A stretch of DNA of 64,000 bases. It comes from Thermoanaerobaculia bacterium. Its GTDB lineage: Bacteria > Acidobacteriota > Thermoanaerobaculia > Multivoradales > SZUA-115. Where the stretch lies: assembly GCA_036274895.1 (NCBI GenBank), contig DASUEU010000027.1, positions 136,883-200,882 on the forward strand, read 5' to 3'. The notes under the pieces are model-generated. The model saw only the letters and a list, made by a program, of their open reading frames with translations, did no database searches and was not told the DNA's origin. Of this stretch, positions 9,187 to 19,168 are shown in pieces; positions within the stretch are counted from its first letter, which is position 1, and each line of letters opens with the position of its first letter. Position numbers and translations under genes: made by a program.

Positions 9187-9912
9187 ATGGCTGAAGCGAA
9201 GAAGACCAATCCCTGGGTGTGGGTGGCTGCCGGCTGCGGGGGTGTCATCGTGCTGGGCGGCCTGGCGATCATGGGCCTCGGCTGGTGGGGGTTCAACAAG
9301 GCCAAGAGCTTCGAGCGCCAGCTCAAGGATCCGGTCGCCCGCGAAGCGAGCGTGCGCGAGATCCTGGGTGCGGACTCGCTACCGGATGGCTACCACGCCC
9401 ACATGGGCATGTCCCTGCTCGGCTTCATGAAGATGGCCATGCTCTCCGACCGCGAGCTTCCCGCGGGGGAGGATCCGGGCGGCAAGGTCCCTTTCGACGA
9501 GCGGGGCTTCTTCTACTTCGACATGATGGCCGGCAGCAAGAACGCCAAGAAAGTCGAAGACTTCATCGCCGGCCGGATCGGCGTCGAGGAGATGCTCGAG
9601 GACACCAATGTCAACCTCGACCTCGACGAGGGCGAGAAGATCGCCGAAGGTCCGGTGGCCATCGCCGGCGGCCAGGCGCGCTATGTGGCGCAGCGGGGTG
9701 GTGTGGGCATGGGCGTCAAGCGCCAGGACGACAGCCTCAACACCATGGTGCTGGTGGACTGCCCGGGCGATCGCCGCTTCCGCTTCGCCATCTGGTTCGG
9801 CCCCGACCCCAACCCCGACGCGCCCGCCGACCAGTTGGACCTGACCGGCACTCCCGCCGACCCGGCGGCGCTCGAGGCGTTCCTGGGGCATTTCCATCTC
9901 TGTGGGAGATAG
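9187..9912 (+). CDS. Hypothetical membrane-anchored protein
   Basis: N-terminal TM helix (WVWVAAGCGGVIVLGGLAIMGLGWW). No recognisable domain. Coding-like GC3. Confidence 0.5.
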   Translation: MAEAKKTNPWVWVAAGCGGVIVLGGLAIMGLGWWGFNKAKSFERQLKDPVAREASVREILGADSLPDGYHAHMGMSLLGFMKMAMLSDRELPAGEDPGGKVPFDERGFFYFDMMAGSKNAKKVEDFIAGRIGVEEMLEDTNVNLDLDEGEKIAEGPVAIAGGQARYVAQRGGVGMGVKRQDDSLNTMVLVDCPGDRRFRFAIWFGPDPNPDAPADQLDLTGTPADPAALEAFLGHFHLCGR

Positions 9913-10098
9913 GGGCAGCCGCCTACCCTCCCAGGTCCCGGGGGCCGCAGAGCGGCCGGAGAGGAGGAGTCGCGTCCTCCTTCCCCGACCCGCCAGGGAC
10001 GTTCATGGGTCGTTGAGGGACTTTGGTCCCTCGCGCGGACCGGGCATTCCCAGCCGCCCCGGCTTCAGTTACCCTAGCCACCTCTCGCGAGGACCCCG

Positions 10099-10884
10099 AT
10101 GACCGTCCGCACTTACAACAACTACCTGAAGATCGACGAGCTTCTCTCCCTCCAGCAGCCGGTCTCGGAGGGGCCGGAGCATGACGAGATGCTGTTCATC
10201 GTCATCCACCAGGTCTACGAGCTCTGGTTCAAGCAGATCCTCTGGGAGTTCGACTGGCTGCGCGGCGCCCTCGAGGCCAATGAGCGGCCGCGGACGATGG
10301 CGACCCTCAAGCGCATCCTGACCATCCTGAAGACCCTGGTCGGGCAGATCGACGTCCTCGAGACCATGACGCCGGTGGACTTCAGCTCGTTCCGCTCACG
10401 CCTGGACTCGGCGAGCGGCTTCCAGTCGGTGCAGTTCCGTGAGGTGGAGTTGGTGCTGGGGCATCGCCGCGAAGGTCAGCTCGATCACGTGCCGGCGGGG
10501 GGGCCCGAGCGCGCCCGCCTCGAAACACGACTCCGCGAACGCACTGTCTACGACTCCTTCCTGCGCTTCCTAGCTGCCAATGGTCACCCGGTACCGGCCG
10601 AGGTGCTGGACCGGGACGTCACGCAGGCACCCGCCGAGGACCAGCGGGTGCGCGCGATTCTGGTGGGCATCTACCGCCGGGACCCCGCCCTGCGCGAGAC
10701 CTGCGAGCGCCTGGTGGACCTCGACGAGGGGATCCAGGAGTGGCGCTACCGCCACGTCAAAATGGTGCAGCGCACCATCGGCACCAAGCGGGGCACCGGC
10801 GGATCGGCGGGGGCCGAGTACCTGCGCAACACTCTCTTCCAGCCTCTCTTCCCCGACCTCTGGGCCATCCGCACCGAGCTTTGA
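10099..10884 (+). CDS. kynA: Tryptophan 2,3-dioxygenase
   Basis: YNNYLKIDELLSLQ N-terminal signature and overall TDO-like sequence, ~260 aa. Confidence 0.85.
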   Translation: MTVRTYNNYLKIDELLSLQQPVSEGPEHDEMLFIVIHQVYELWFKQILWEFDWLRGALEANERPRTMATLKRILTILKTLVGQIDVLETMTPVDFSSFRSRLDSASGFQSVQFREVELVLGHRREGQLDHVPAGGPERARLETRLRERTVYDSFLRFLAANGHPVPAEVLDRDVTQAPAEDQRVRAILVGIYRRDPALRETCERLVDLDEGIQEWRYRHVKMVQRTIGTKRGTGGSAGAEYLRNTLFQPLFPDLWAIRTEL

Positions 10885-10904
10885 AGCCACCGCGAGGGAA
10901 CCGC

Positions 10905-12101
10905 ATGGACCTGTCCCAGCTCCGCCAGTCCCCCAACGCCCTCGCCCCACACTACTCACGTTTCCGCGTCGCCGAGCGGCTGCTGCTCACCGGCCACTCC
11001 CATCAGGCCTGGCCGGACTGCGCTCGAGAGGGGCAGCTTCAAGCCTTCGACGAGGCCGCCGCCTACGTGGACGGCAAGTGGCCGCACGCCTTTGCCAAGG
11101 CCGAGCGGGTGGCCCGGGGTCTCGCCGAGCGGATTGTGGACCCGAGCGGCAGCTATGCCCTGGCGGACTCGACCCACAGCCTGCTCGTCAAGTGGCTTTC
11201 GGCCCTGCCGTGGCGGGAGCGGCGCCGCATCGTCACCACGGACGGGGAGTTCCATGCCTTGCGGCGGCAGCTGGCCCGGCTGGAGGAGGAGGGCATCGAG
11301 GTGGTGCGGGTGCCGTCGCGACCGAGCGATGGGATCGCCGAGGGCCTCGCCGCCGCCGTGGACGACCGCACGGCCGCAGTGATGGTCTCGGCCGTGCTGT
11401 TTCGCAGTGCCGAGATCGTGCCCGGTTTGGAGCGGGTGCTGGCCGCGGCGCAGCGGGTGGGCGCCGAGCTGATGATCGACGCCTACCACGTGCTCAACGT
11501 GGTGCCTTTCCCTCTCGCCGAGCTGGGGTTGGAGGACGCCTTCGTGGTCGGGGGTGGCTACAAGTACCTGCAGATCGGCGAGGGCAACGCCTTCCTGCGC
11601 GTGCCGCGGGGACGGGACCTGCGGCCGGTGTTCACCGGCTGGTTCGCGGAATTCGCGGCCCTGTCCAGCCATCACGATCCGCTGCGGGTGGCCTACGGCC
11701 CCGGCGCCTCCGCCTTCGGCGCCGCCACCTACGACCCGACCAGCCAGTACCGCGCCGCGGCGGTGTTCGACTTCTTCGACGAGCAGGGCTTGACCGTGCC
11801 CTTCCTGCGCCAGGTCAGCCAGCACCAGGTGGGGCTGCTCGCCCGCCTCTTCGACGATCTCGACCTGCCGCCGGGGCTGATCTCTCGCGAGCGGGACGTG
11901 CCGCTGGAGCGCATCGGCGGCTTCCTGGCCCTGACCTCGCCCCGGGCCGGGGAGATCTCCGCCGCCCTCGCCCGCCGCGGTGTGGCCACCGACTACCGCG
12001 ACACCACCCTCCGCCTCGGCCCCGCCCCCTACCTCTCCGACCGCCAGATCGAAGAGGCCATGGGGCTGCTGGGGGAGGCGGTGCGGGAGGTGGCGGGGTA
12101 A
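10905..12101 (+). CDS. kynU: Kynureninase (PLP-dependent)
   Basis: LTGHSHQ and GGGYKYLQ.GEGNAFL motifs characteristic of kynureninase; RBS before the ATG at 10905. The longer six-frame ORF starting at 10740 is an out-of-frame extension. Confidence 0.8.
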   Translation: MDLSQLRQSPNALAPHYSRFRVAERLLLTGHSHQAWPDCAREGQLQAFDEAAAYVDGKWPHAFAKAERVARGLAERIVDPSGSYALADSTHSLLVKWLSALPWRERRRIVTTDGEFHALRRQLARLEEEGIEVVRVPSRPSDGIAEGLAAAVDDRTAAVMVSAVLFRSAEIVPGLERVLAAAQRVGAELMIDAYHVLNVVPFPLAELGLEDAFVVGGGYKYLQIGEGNAFLRVPRGRDLRPVFTGWFAEFAALSSHHDPLRVAYGPGASAFGAATYDPTSQYRAAAVFDFFDEQGLTVPFLRQVSQHQVGLLARLFDDLDLPPGLISRERDVPLERIGGFLALTSPRAGEISAALARRGVATDYRDTTLRLGPAPYLSDRQIEEAMGLLGEAVREVAG

Positions 12102-12237
12102 GATTCTCGGGCCGGAGAGGCCGGCTCTCGCCATGCACTCCTTGATCGAACGCTCGTGGCCACCGTTGAGCTAGTCATGGCCGAGGCTGGCGCAGATCGG
12201 TGAGGCCGCCTGGGCTAGAATCGCCCGGCCACTGACC

Positions 12238-13809
12238 ATGAGCATCGATTCCCCCTTCGAGGTTCCGGAGCGGTTCAACCTCGCCCAGCACCTGCTCGAC
12301 CGCCGCGTCGAGGAGGGGTTGGGCGAGAAGGTCGCGTTGCGCGTGGACGGCGCGGACGGCTCGACCCGCGAGTGGACCTACCGCGAGGTCTCGGAGCTGG
12401 CGCACCGCGTCGGGGACGTGCTGCGCCGGATGGGTGTCGAGCCCGAGCAGCGGGTGATCCTCGCCGTGGCCGACTCGGCCGAGTACGCGGGCTCCCTCTT
12501 CGCCATCCTGGGCATCGGGGCCGTGGCCGTGATGGTCAACCCCCGGCTCGCCCAGGACGATCTGGCGGCGATCTTCGAGTACACCCGCGCGAGCGCGGCG
12601 ATCGTCGAGAGTGAGGTGATGGCGACCTTCCTCGCCGCCCGGGGCGCGGGCCGCTATCCGCGCCGCCTGCTCACCGTGCGCGGAGCGGTGGACGGCTTCC
12701 CGGCCCTCGAGGAGGAGCTGGCGGCGAGCTCCGGGGACTCACCGCTCGAGCCCACCCACCGGGACGACCCGGCGATCTGGCTCTTCTCGGGCGGCACCAC
12801 CGGGCGGCCGAAGGCGGTGGTGCAGAGCCACGGCTCCTTCGCCAACACCACCGAGCTCTACGCTCGCCGGGCCCTGGGCTACCGGGCGAGCGACGTCACC
12901 CTTTCGGTCCCCAAGCTCTTTTTCGGCTACGCCACTGGCTCGAACCTCTTCTTCCCCTTCTCGGTAGGCGCCACGGCCGTGCTCTTCCCCGAGCACCCGA
13001 CCGCCGAGATCCTGTTCGAGAAGATCCGGCGCCACCGGCCGACCATCCTGATCAACGTGCCGACCATGGTGTCGCACATGAGCCAGCACCCCGAGGCCGG
13101 GTTGCAGGACCTCACCTGCCTGCGCTTCGCCACCTCGGCGGGGGAGGCCCTGCCGGTGGCTCTCTACCACCGCTTCAAGGAGACTTTCGGCGTCGAGCTG
13201 CTGGACGGGCTGGGCACAGCCGAGATGTGGCACATCTTCGTGACCAACCTGCCCGGGGCGGTCAAGCCGGGCACCCTGGGGCGCGTGGTGCCCGGCTTCG
13301 AGCTCAGGATCGTCGACGAGGAGGGCCGCGAGGTCGGCCCCGGCGAGGTCGGGCGGATGTGGGTGCGGGGCCATTCCCGCGCCCTCTGCTACTGGCAGGC
13401 GATGGGCAAGACGATGGAGGCCTTCCAGGGCGAGTGGTACGTGGGCGGGGACCTCGCCAGCCGCGACGAGGAAGGCTACGTCTCGTACCACGGCCGGGGG
13501 GACGAGGCCCTGAAGGTGGGCGGCAAGTGGCTGGTGCCGGCCGAGGTGGAGGGCTGTTTGCTGCGCCACCCGGCGGTCAAAGAATGCGCCGTGGTGGGCG
13601 TCGCCGACGCCAGCGGCCTGACCAAGCCCCACGCCTGGGTGGTCGCCAACACCACCGCCGACGCCGCCCTCGCCGAAGAGCTCAAAGCCTGGGCTCTCTC
13701 CCGCCTCGACGCCTACAAACACCCCCGCGAGATCCACTTCTCAGACGCCCTCCCCCGCACCCACCTGGGCAAGGTGGACCGTGGGAAGCTGCGGCGCGAA
13801 GGCGCCTGA
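12238..13809 (+). CDS. Benzoate-CoA ligase family AMP-forming aryl-CoA ligase (inferred anthranilate/2-aminobenzoate-CoA ligase)
   Basis: 523 aa with the SGGTTGRPK AMP-binding motif and a BadA/BclA-like N-terminus (FNLAQHLLDRRV...). The substrate assignment is inferred from the adjacent kynA-kynU. Confidence 0.75.
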   Translation: MSIDSPFEVPERFNLAQHLLDRRVEEGLGEKVALRVDGADGSTREWTYREVSELAHRVGDVLRRMGVEPEQRVILAVADSAEYAGSLFAILGIGAVAVMVNPRLAQDDLAAIFEYTRASAAIVESEVMATFLAARGAGRYPRRLLTVRGAVDGFPALEEELAASSGDSPLEPTHRDDPAIWLFSGGTTGRPKAVVQSHGSFANTTELYARRALGYRASDVTLSVPKLFFGYATGSNLFFPFSVGATAVLFPEHPTAEILFEKIRRHRPTILINVPTMVSHMSQHPEAGLQDLTCLRFATSAGEALPVALYHRFKETFGVELLDGLGTAEMWHIFVTNLPGAVKPGTLGRVVPGFELRIVDEEGREVGPGEVGRMWVRGHSRALCYWQAMGKTMEAFQGEWYVGGDLASRDEEGYVSYHGRGDEALKVGGKWLVPAEVEGCLLRHPAVKECAVVGVADASGLTKPHAWVVANTTADAALAEELKAWALSRLDAYKHPREIHFSDALPRTHLGKVDRGKLRREGA

Positions 13810-13815
13810 GGCTCC

Positions 13816-15337
13816 CTACTTTCCGATCCTCGCCCACCACTCCTTGGGCATCAGGTCGATGGGCAGGATGTAGCCGAGGTGGGAGTAGCCTTCGGTGTCC
13901 TCGACGGACGCGGTGGGGACGCCGATCAGGCGGAAGCTGCCGTCCAAGGCCGCGCCGCCGGAGTTGCCGGAGGCGATCTCGGCGTCGGTCTTGAGCACCA
14001 CACCGTGGCCGGTGGTGTCGAAGCCGCTGATCACCCCCCGGGTCAGGGTCACACTGGCCCGGCTGCCCAGGCCGCCGACGCTCGGGAAGCCCACGATGGT
14101 GATCGGCTCGCCCATGCGCAGGTTGCCGGGGTGGCCGAGCTCCAGGGCCGGGAAGCGGTAGCCGGCGGGCAGGGGCTGGCCATAGAAGCCGCTCTCGATC
14201 TTGACCAGGGCGAGGTCGAGGTCCTTGTCGTGGAGCTTGACGCTGCCCCGGAACATCTCCAGGGTGGGCCGGCGGGGGTCCAGGCAGAGGCCGATCACCA
14301 GCTCGCCGGGGGCGAGCAGGTTGCCGGCGTCGTCCTCGACCACGTGGTAGTTGGTGAGCACCCAGCCGTCGGGGGAGACCAGCGTGCCGCTGCCGGTCGC
14401 AGTCTCGGTCAAGATCTCGACGGTGCCGAGCAGGGCGCGGTCGAGCCCGTCGGTGGGGGCGCGCAAGGTCGGGATGGCCAGCAGCTCGGGCGGCGGCGTG
14501 GCCTCGAACCGCGCGTGCACGGTGAAGCCCACCGGATCCAGCTCGAAGGGGTCGAAGACGTTGACGTACCAGGTGCCGGCGGCCAAGGGAGGATCGGTCG
14601 AACGGTCGATCAGCAGCGTCTCGCGCCCCCGCACGCTCTCGGCCACCAGATCGGTGGGCTCGCGCTCGAAGATCGGCCGGCCGCGACGCGCGATCAGGTC
14701 GAGGTCGCCGTAGACGTCGTCGAGGTCGATGCGCAGCACGCGGGCCGTGGAGGGCACCTCGATGCGGAAGGTGCGGAACCAGCCGCTCTCGGGAGTGGTC
14801 TGGCTGGTGATCGGCTGGCCCGGGGCGAGAGGGCCGTCCACCCGGGCCTGGATGATCTCCGCGGTGAGGGTGAACGGCAGCTCGCGCGCCCGCTTCTTGC
14901 CGATGCGCGGCTCGCTCTCGAGGTTGTAGACCACGTCGATGTAGTAGACGCCGGGAGCAAGCGGCGGGTCGTTGGCGCGGGAGATGCGCAGGGTCTCGTT
15001 GTAGAGGTCGGAGATCGCTTCGTGCTCGGCGTCTTCCTCGTAGTCGAGGATCGGCGCGCCGTGGCGGGCGAAGAGGTCGAGGTCCACCGGCGAGCCGTCC
15101 AGGCGCAGGGTCAGCACCATGGCGTTCTCCGGCACGGTCACTCGAAAGCTCGCCCAGCGCTGCTCCCCCCAATCGATCACTCCGGCGGCGGGCCGGCCGA
15201 CCTCCAGGAAGGGACCGAGGTCCACCTCGGGGGTGGTGCCGCCAGCGCCTTCCTCCTCTTGGCCCCGGGCGAGCGCCGGCGCGAGCAGGCAGAGGGCGAC
15301 CAAGGCCCGGACGGCGCAGCGGCGTGCGGCGTTCACG
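13816..15337 (-). CDS. Secreted trypsin-like serine protease (S1 family) with two N-terminal PPC (pre-peptidase C-terminal) domains
   Basis: Signal peptide RRCAVRALVALCLLAPALA; two DLDL(F/I)ARxG PPC motifs; C-terminal TGSGTLV...NYHVV, DLALVK and GNSGGA catalytic triad context. GTG start inferred. Confidence 0.75.
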
Positions 15338-16478
15338 GCATCCCCCCGGCGACGATCAGGCCGCGGTCGGCGAGGGCTCTGGCGAAGCTCGGATCCCGGC
15401 GCCAGAGGCTCTCGGAACGCACCTTCTCGCTGCGCGTCATGGCCTTGAGGGCGAAAGCGAGGGGGTCGAGGTCGAGATCCTGGCGGGCGTTCTCGAACCA
15501 CTCGAGGCTGGCCTGGGCCGCCTGCTGGTAGGTCTCGACGCTCGGCCGGCGCTGCTCCTCGTAGGCGGCGAAGGCAGCGGGCAGGCCGGGCTCGCTGGCC
15601 AGGGCGTCGGCCAGGGCCACGGCGTCCTCCATGGCCAGCTTGGTGCCCGAGCCGATCGAGAAGTGAGCCGTGTGGACCGCGTCACCCAGCAGCACCGCCT
15701 TGCCGTGGCTCCACCGGCGGCAGCGCACGGTGGCGAACTGGATCCACCGCGACAGGTTCGAGAGCAGAGAGTAACCGTCGAGATCCTCCTCGAAGACCCC
15801 CTCCAGGAAGGCCCGGCTCTCCTCCTCGGCGGCCCGGTCGAGGCCGGCGGCGCGCCAGCTCTGCTCGTCGCACTCGACGATGAAGGTCGAGAGGTCCGGG
15901 CTGAACTTGTAGGAGTGGGCGATGTAGAGGCCCTGCGCCCGCTCGCGGAAGGTCAGGGTGAGGGCGTGGAAGAGGCGGTGGGTGCCGTACCAGACGTAGC
16001 GGTTCCGGCGGAAGTCGAGCTCCGGTCCGAAAGCGTCCCTCCAGGTCTCCCGCACCAGGCTTTTCACGCCGTCGGCGCCGACCAGCAGGTCGTGGGGGGG
16101 CAGCTCGTCGAGGCTGGTGATCTCGACCCCGAAGTGCAGGTCCACACCCAGCTCGCGGCATCGCTCCTGGAGCACCTGGAGGAGGGAGATGCGGGCGATG
16201 CCGGCGAAGCGGTTGCCGCCGATCGTCACCTTCTCGCCGCGATGGACGATCTCCAGGTTCTCCCAAGTGACCAGCCGCTCCTCGATCCGCTCCGAGACCA
16301 CGGGGTCGGGGGTCTCGAGCCCGGCCAGGGTCTTGCCCGAGAAGACCACGCCCCAGCCGAAGGTGCTGGAGGCGGGGTTGCGTTCGAGCACGGTCACCGA
16401 GCTGGCCGGCTCTCGCCCCTTGATCAGGGCCGCCAGGTAGAGCCCCGCCGGGCCTCCACCGAGGATCACGACCTTCAT
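15333..16478 (-). CDS. Class A FAD-dependent monooxygenase (salicylate-hydroxylase-like; candidate aryl-CoA monooxygenase component)
   Basis: MKVVILGGGPAGLY Rossmann fingerprint, DGVKSLVR and GDAVHTAH.GSG motifs. Its start overlaps the upstream OYE gene stop as ATGA. Confidence 0.8.
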   Translation of the reverse strand: MKVVILGGGPAGLYLAALIKGREPASSVTVLERNPASSTFGWGVVFSGKTLAGLETPDPVVSERIEERLVTWENLEIVHRGEKVTIGGNRFAGIARISLLQVLQERCRELGVDLHFGVEITSLDELPPHDLLVGADGVKSLVRETWRDAFGPELDFRRNRYVWYGTHRLFHALTLTFRERAQGLYIAHSYKFSPDLSTFIVECDEQSWRAAGLDRAAEEESRAFLEGVFEEDLDGYSLLSNLSRWIQFATVRCRRWSHGKAVLLGDAVHTAHFSIGSGTKLAMEDAVALADALASEPGLPAAFAAYEEQRRPSVETYQQAAQASLEWFENARQDLDLDPLAFALKAMTRSEKVRSESLWRRDPSFARALADRGLIVAGGMP

Positions 16479-17941
16479 GCGGGACCTCCTGCCGAAGGCT
16501 GCCAGGGGGGAGCGAGCAGGCGGCGCCGGCCGTCGGCGGCACGGGCGACCCCCGGCGCGTCGAGATCGAGCCGGTCCCACAGCTGGCAGGTCACCTGCTT
16601 GTGCACCTGGTCGAGACCCTCGCAGTAGTTGCAGTAAACACAGCGGCGGATCTCCTCCCCCGCCCCCAGCCTCATCTTGCGCCACCAGTCGGGGTCGGCC
16701 AGGCTCTGGCGGGCGGCCCCGACGACATCGGCGTCCCCCCGGGTGAGCAGGTCCTCGGCCTGGCGGAAGCTGGTGATGCCGCCGGTGGCGACGATGGGCG
16801 TCGAGAGGCCGGTCTCGCGCAGGGCGGCGCGGATCTGCCGGGCCGCGCCGAGGTTGCGGCCGAACGGCCCGCGGGCGTCGGAGAGCGCCGTGGGCATGCA
16901 CTCGTAGCCGGAGGGGCCGGTGTAGGGGTAGGCCGCCCAGCCCACTCGCGGCTGCTTGGCGTCCTCGAACTTGCCGCCGCGCGACAGCGACAGGAAGTCC
17001 ATCCCCGAGCGCGCCAGCTCGACCCCGAAAAAGCAGGCGTCCGCGAGCGTCGAGCCGTCATCGATCGCCTCGTCGGCGAGGTAGCGGCAGCCGACCGGAT
17101 AGCCCTCGCCGACTCGCTCGCGCACCCGGCGGAACACCTCGACGGGTAGGCGGATGCGGCCCTCGCGGGAGCCACCGTAGCCGTCGCTCCGGGAGTTGCG
17201 GGCGGAGAGGAAGGAGGCCATGGTGTAGGCGTGGGCGTAGTGCAGCTCCACGCCGTCGAAGCCCGCCTGCTGTGCCCGCACGGCTGCGGCCGCGAAGAGG
17301 TCGGGGAGCACCCGCGGCAGCTCGGCGATCTGGGGCAGGTGGAGGTCCGTGACCCGTTCGCGGTAGCCGAAGCGCAGGGCCTCGAGCTCGCGCTCGTCGA
17401 GCACGGCGGGCAGCTCGGCATCGGCCAAGGCGAGCAGGGCCTCGCGGACCGCCTCGTCGCCGAGACCGTGGCCGAAGAAGGCCCGGTGCCGGTCGGTCAG
17501 GGTGAGGAAGCGGCGAAAGAACTTCTCGGGCTCGGGGCGGCGGCGGATGGCGAGGAAGTCGATGATCTGGATCAGCAGCCGGGTGCGCCCGCCGCTCGCC
17601 CTCTTGACCGTCGCCACCAGCTCGGCGAGGCCGGGCAGGAAGCGGTCATGGCCGATGCGCAGCAGGGGGCCGCTCGGCACGTCGCGGATGCCGGTGGCCT
17701 CGACCACGAGGGCGCCGGGCTGGCCCTGGGCGAAGCGCTCGTACCAGGCCAGCACGTCGTCCGTCACGAAGCCATCCTCGGTGGAGCGCCAGGGCACCAT
17801 GGCCGGCACCCAGGTGCGCTCGGCGAGGGCCAACGGTCCCAACGAGATCGGCGAGAAGAGCCGCGAGCGCTCGGCCTCCTCCGCGCTCGGCCAGTCTCCC
17901 GGCGGACTCTCGTGCCTGATGCGCTCCGGCGGTTTCCACAT
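16475..17941 (-). CDS. Old-yellow-enzyme family FMN oxidoreductase with a 4Fe-4S motif (2,4-dienoyl-CoA-reductase-like N-domain)
   Basis: TIM-barrel OYE motifs (HYAHAY, GGSREGRIRL); C-terminal CVYC.YC...(11)...C cluster-binding signature (C-x2-C-x2-C-x11-C) as in FadH. Confidence 0.75.
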   Translation of the reverse strand: MWKPPERIRHESPPGDWPSAEEAERSRLFSPISLGPLALAERTWVPAMVPWRSTEDGFVTDDVLAWYERFAQGQPGALVVEATGIRDVPSGPLLRIGHDRFLPGLAELVATVKRASGGRTRLLIQIIDFLAIRRRPEPEKFFRRFLTLTDRHRAFFGHGLGDEAVREALLALADAELPAVLDERELEALRFGYRERVTDLHLPQIAELPRVLPDLFAAAAVRAQQAGFDGVELHYAHAYTMASFLSARNSRSDGYGGSREGRIRLPVEVFRRVRERVGEGYPVGCRYLADEAIDDGSTLADACFFGVELARSGMDFLSLSRGGKFEDAKQPRVGWAAYPYTGPSGYECMPTALSDARGPFGRNLGAARQIRAALRETGLSTPIVATGGITSFRQAEDLLTRGDADVVGAARQSLADPDWWRKMRLGAGEEIRRCVYCNYCEGLDQVHKQVTCQLWDRLDLDAPGVARAADGRRRLLAPPWQPSAGGPA

Positions 17942-17971
17942 TTTGCGTTCGGGCAGTATATCCGCCCCGGC

Positions 17972-19168
17972 TCAGGCCCCTTGGGAGCGCTTGAGCAGCT
18001 CACGGGCAATCACCAGGTGCTGGATCTCGGTGGTGCCCTCGTAGATGCGCAGGGCGCGGATCGAGCGATAGAGGCGGTCGACGGGGTGGTCGACCAGCAC
18101 CCCGCGGCCGCCCAGGATCTGCACCGCGCCGTCGACCACCCGCTGGGCCGCCTCCGCGGCGTAGGACTTGGCCATCGCCGCCTCGTAGGTGGCGCGGGGG
18201 GCACCGGAGGCGATCTCCCACGCCGCCCGGTAGGTCAAGAGGCGAGCCGCGGCCAGCTCGGTGGCCATCTCGGCGAGGCGGGCCTGCACCAGCTGGTGCT
18301 CGGCCAGGGGCCGGCCGAACTGCCGCCGCCCCCGGGCGTGGGCGAGGGCCTCCTCGAGGGCTCGGGCCGCCATGCCGCAGGCGGCCGCCGCCACCGTGGG
18401 GCGCAGCCGATCGAGGGTCGCGAGGCCGAGCTTGAAGCCCTCCCCCGGTCCTCCCAGCACGGCCTCGGCGCCGACCCGGCAGCCCCGAAAAGCGAGCTCC
18501 CCGAGCGGGTGCGGGGAGGAGAGCACCTGGGCGCGGACGAAGGTGAGGCCCGGGTCCCCGGCCTCGACCAGGAAGGCGCCGATGCCCTTGGCGCCGGCTC
18601 CCGGCGCGGTCTGGGCGAAGACCACGTAATAGTCGGCCACGCCGGCGTTGGTGATCAGGTGCTTGCCACCCTCGAGCACGTAGCCGTCGCCGTCGGCATG
18701 GGCGAGGGTGGTCATCGACGCCACGTCCGAGCCGGCCTCGGGCTCGGTCATGGCGAAGGCGGCCATGGCCTCCCCGGCCGCCACCCGCCCCAGCCAGCGG
18801 GCGCGGGCGGCGTCGTTGCCGGACAGGGTGAGGGGCATCGAGCCCAAGCCCTGGAGGGCGAAGACGGAGTCCGCCAGGGGCGAGGCAGCAGCCAGGGCCT
18901 CACGGATCAGGCACAGGGCCAGGGCGTCCGGAGCTCCGGCAACGCCGCCCCAGGCCTCGGGGATCGCCCACCGGCAGAGCCCGGCTCTCCCCAGCTCGCC
19001 GAGCAACTCCCGGGCCTCGACCCGCGCCGCCTCGTCCGTCAGCGCCTCCGGCCGCCCGGCCAGCCGCTCCCTGGCGAACGTCTCGGCCTCCCGGGCCAGG
19101 TCCAGGTGGCGCTCCGCGAGGAAGGGCTTGAGCAGAGCCAGGTCGTGCCAGCCCATCCCGGCGCTCAT
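17972..19168 (-). CDS. Acyl-CoA dehydrogenase
   Basis: 398 aa with ACAD-family architecture (…GGRGVLVDHPVDRLYR…). Confidence 0.8.
   Translation of the reverse strand: MSAGMGWHDLALLKPFLAERHLDLAREAETFARERLAGRPEALTDEAARVEARELLGELGRAGLCRWAIPEAWGGVAGAPDALALCLIREALAAASPLADSVFALQGLGSMPLTLSGNDAARARWLGRVAAGEAMAAFAMTEPEAGSDVASMTTLAHADGDGYVLEGGKHLITNAGVADYYVVFAQTAPGAGAKGIGAFLVEAGDPGLTFVRAQVLSSPHPLGELAFRGCRVGAEAVLGGPGEGFKLGLATLDRLRPTVAAAACGMAARALEEALAHARGRRQFGRPLAEHQLVQARLAEMATELAAARLLTYRAAWEIASGAPRATYEAAMAKSYAAEAAQRVVDGAVQILGGRGVLVDHPVDRLYRSIRALRIYEGTTEIQHLVIARELLKRSQGA

Noticed and set aside
10580-12145. 521-aa alternative-frame ORF overlapping kynA 3' end and the whole of kynU
   Set aside because: It is out of frame relative to two genes with strong family motifs, and its translation is Arg/Pro/Gly low-complexity.
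12102-12237. Possible hairpin/terminator between kynU and the ligase (GGCCGGAGAGGCCGGC region)
   Set aside because: The inverted repeat is imperfect and short, and I could not confirm a stable stem by eye. It is more likely just the intergenic/RBS region.
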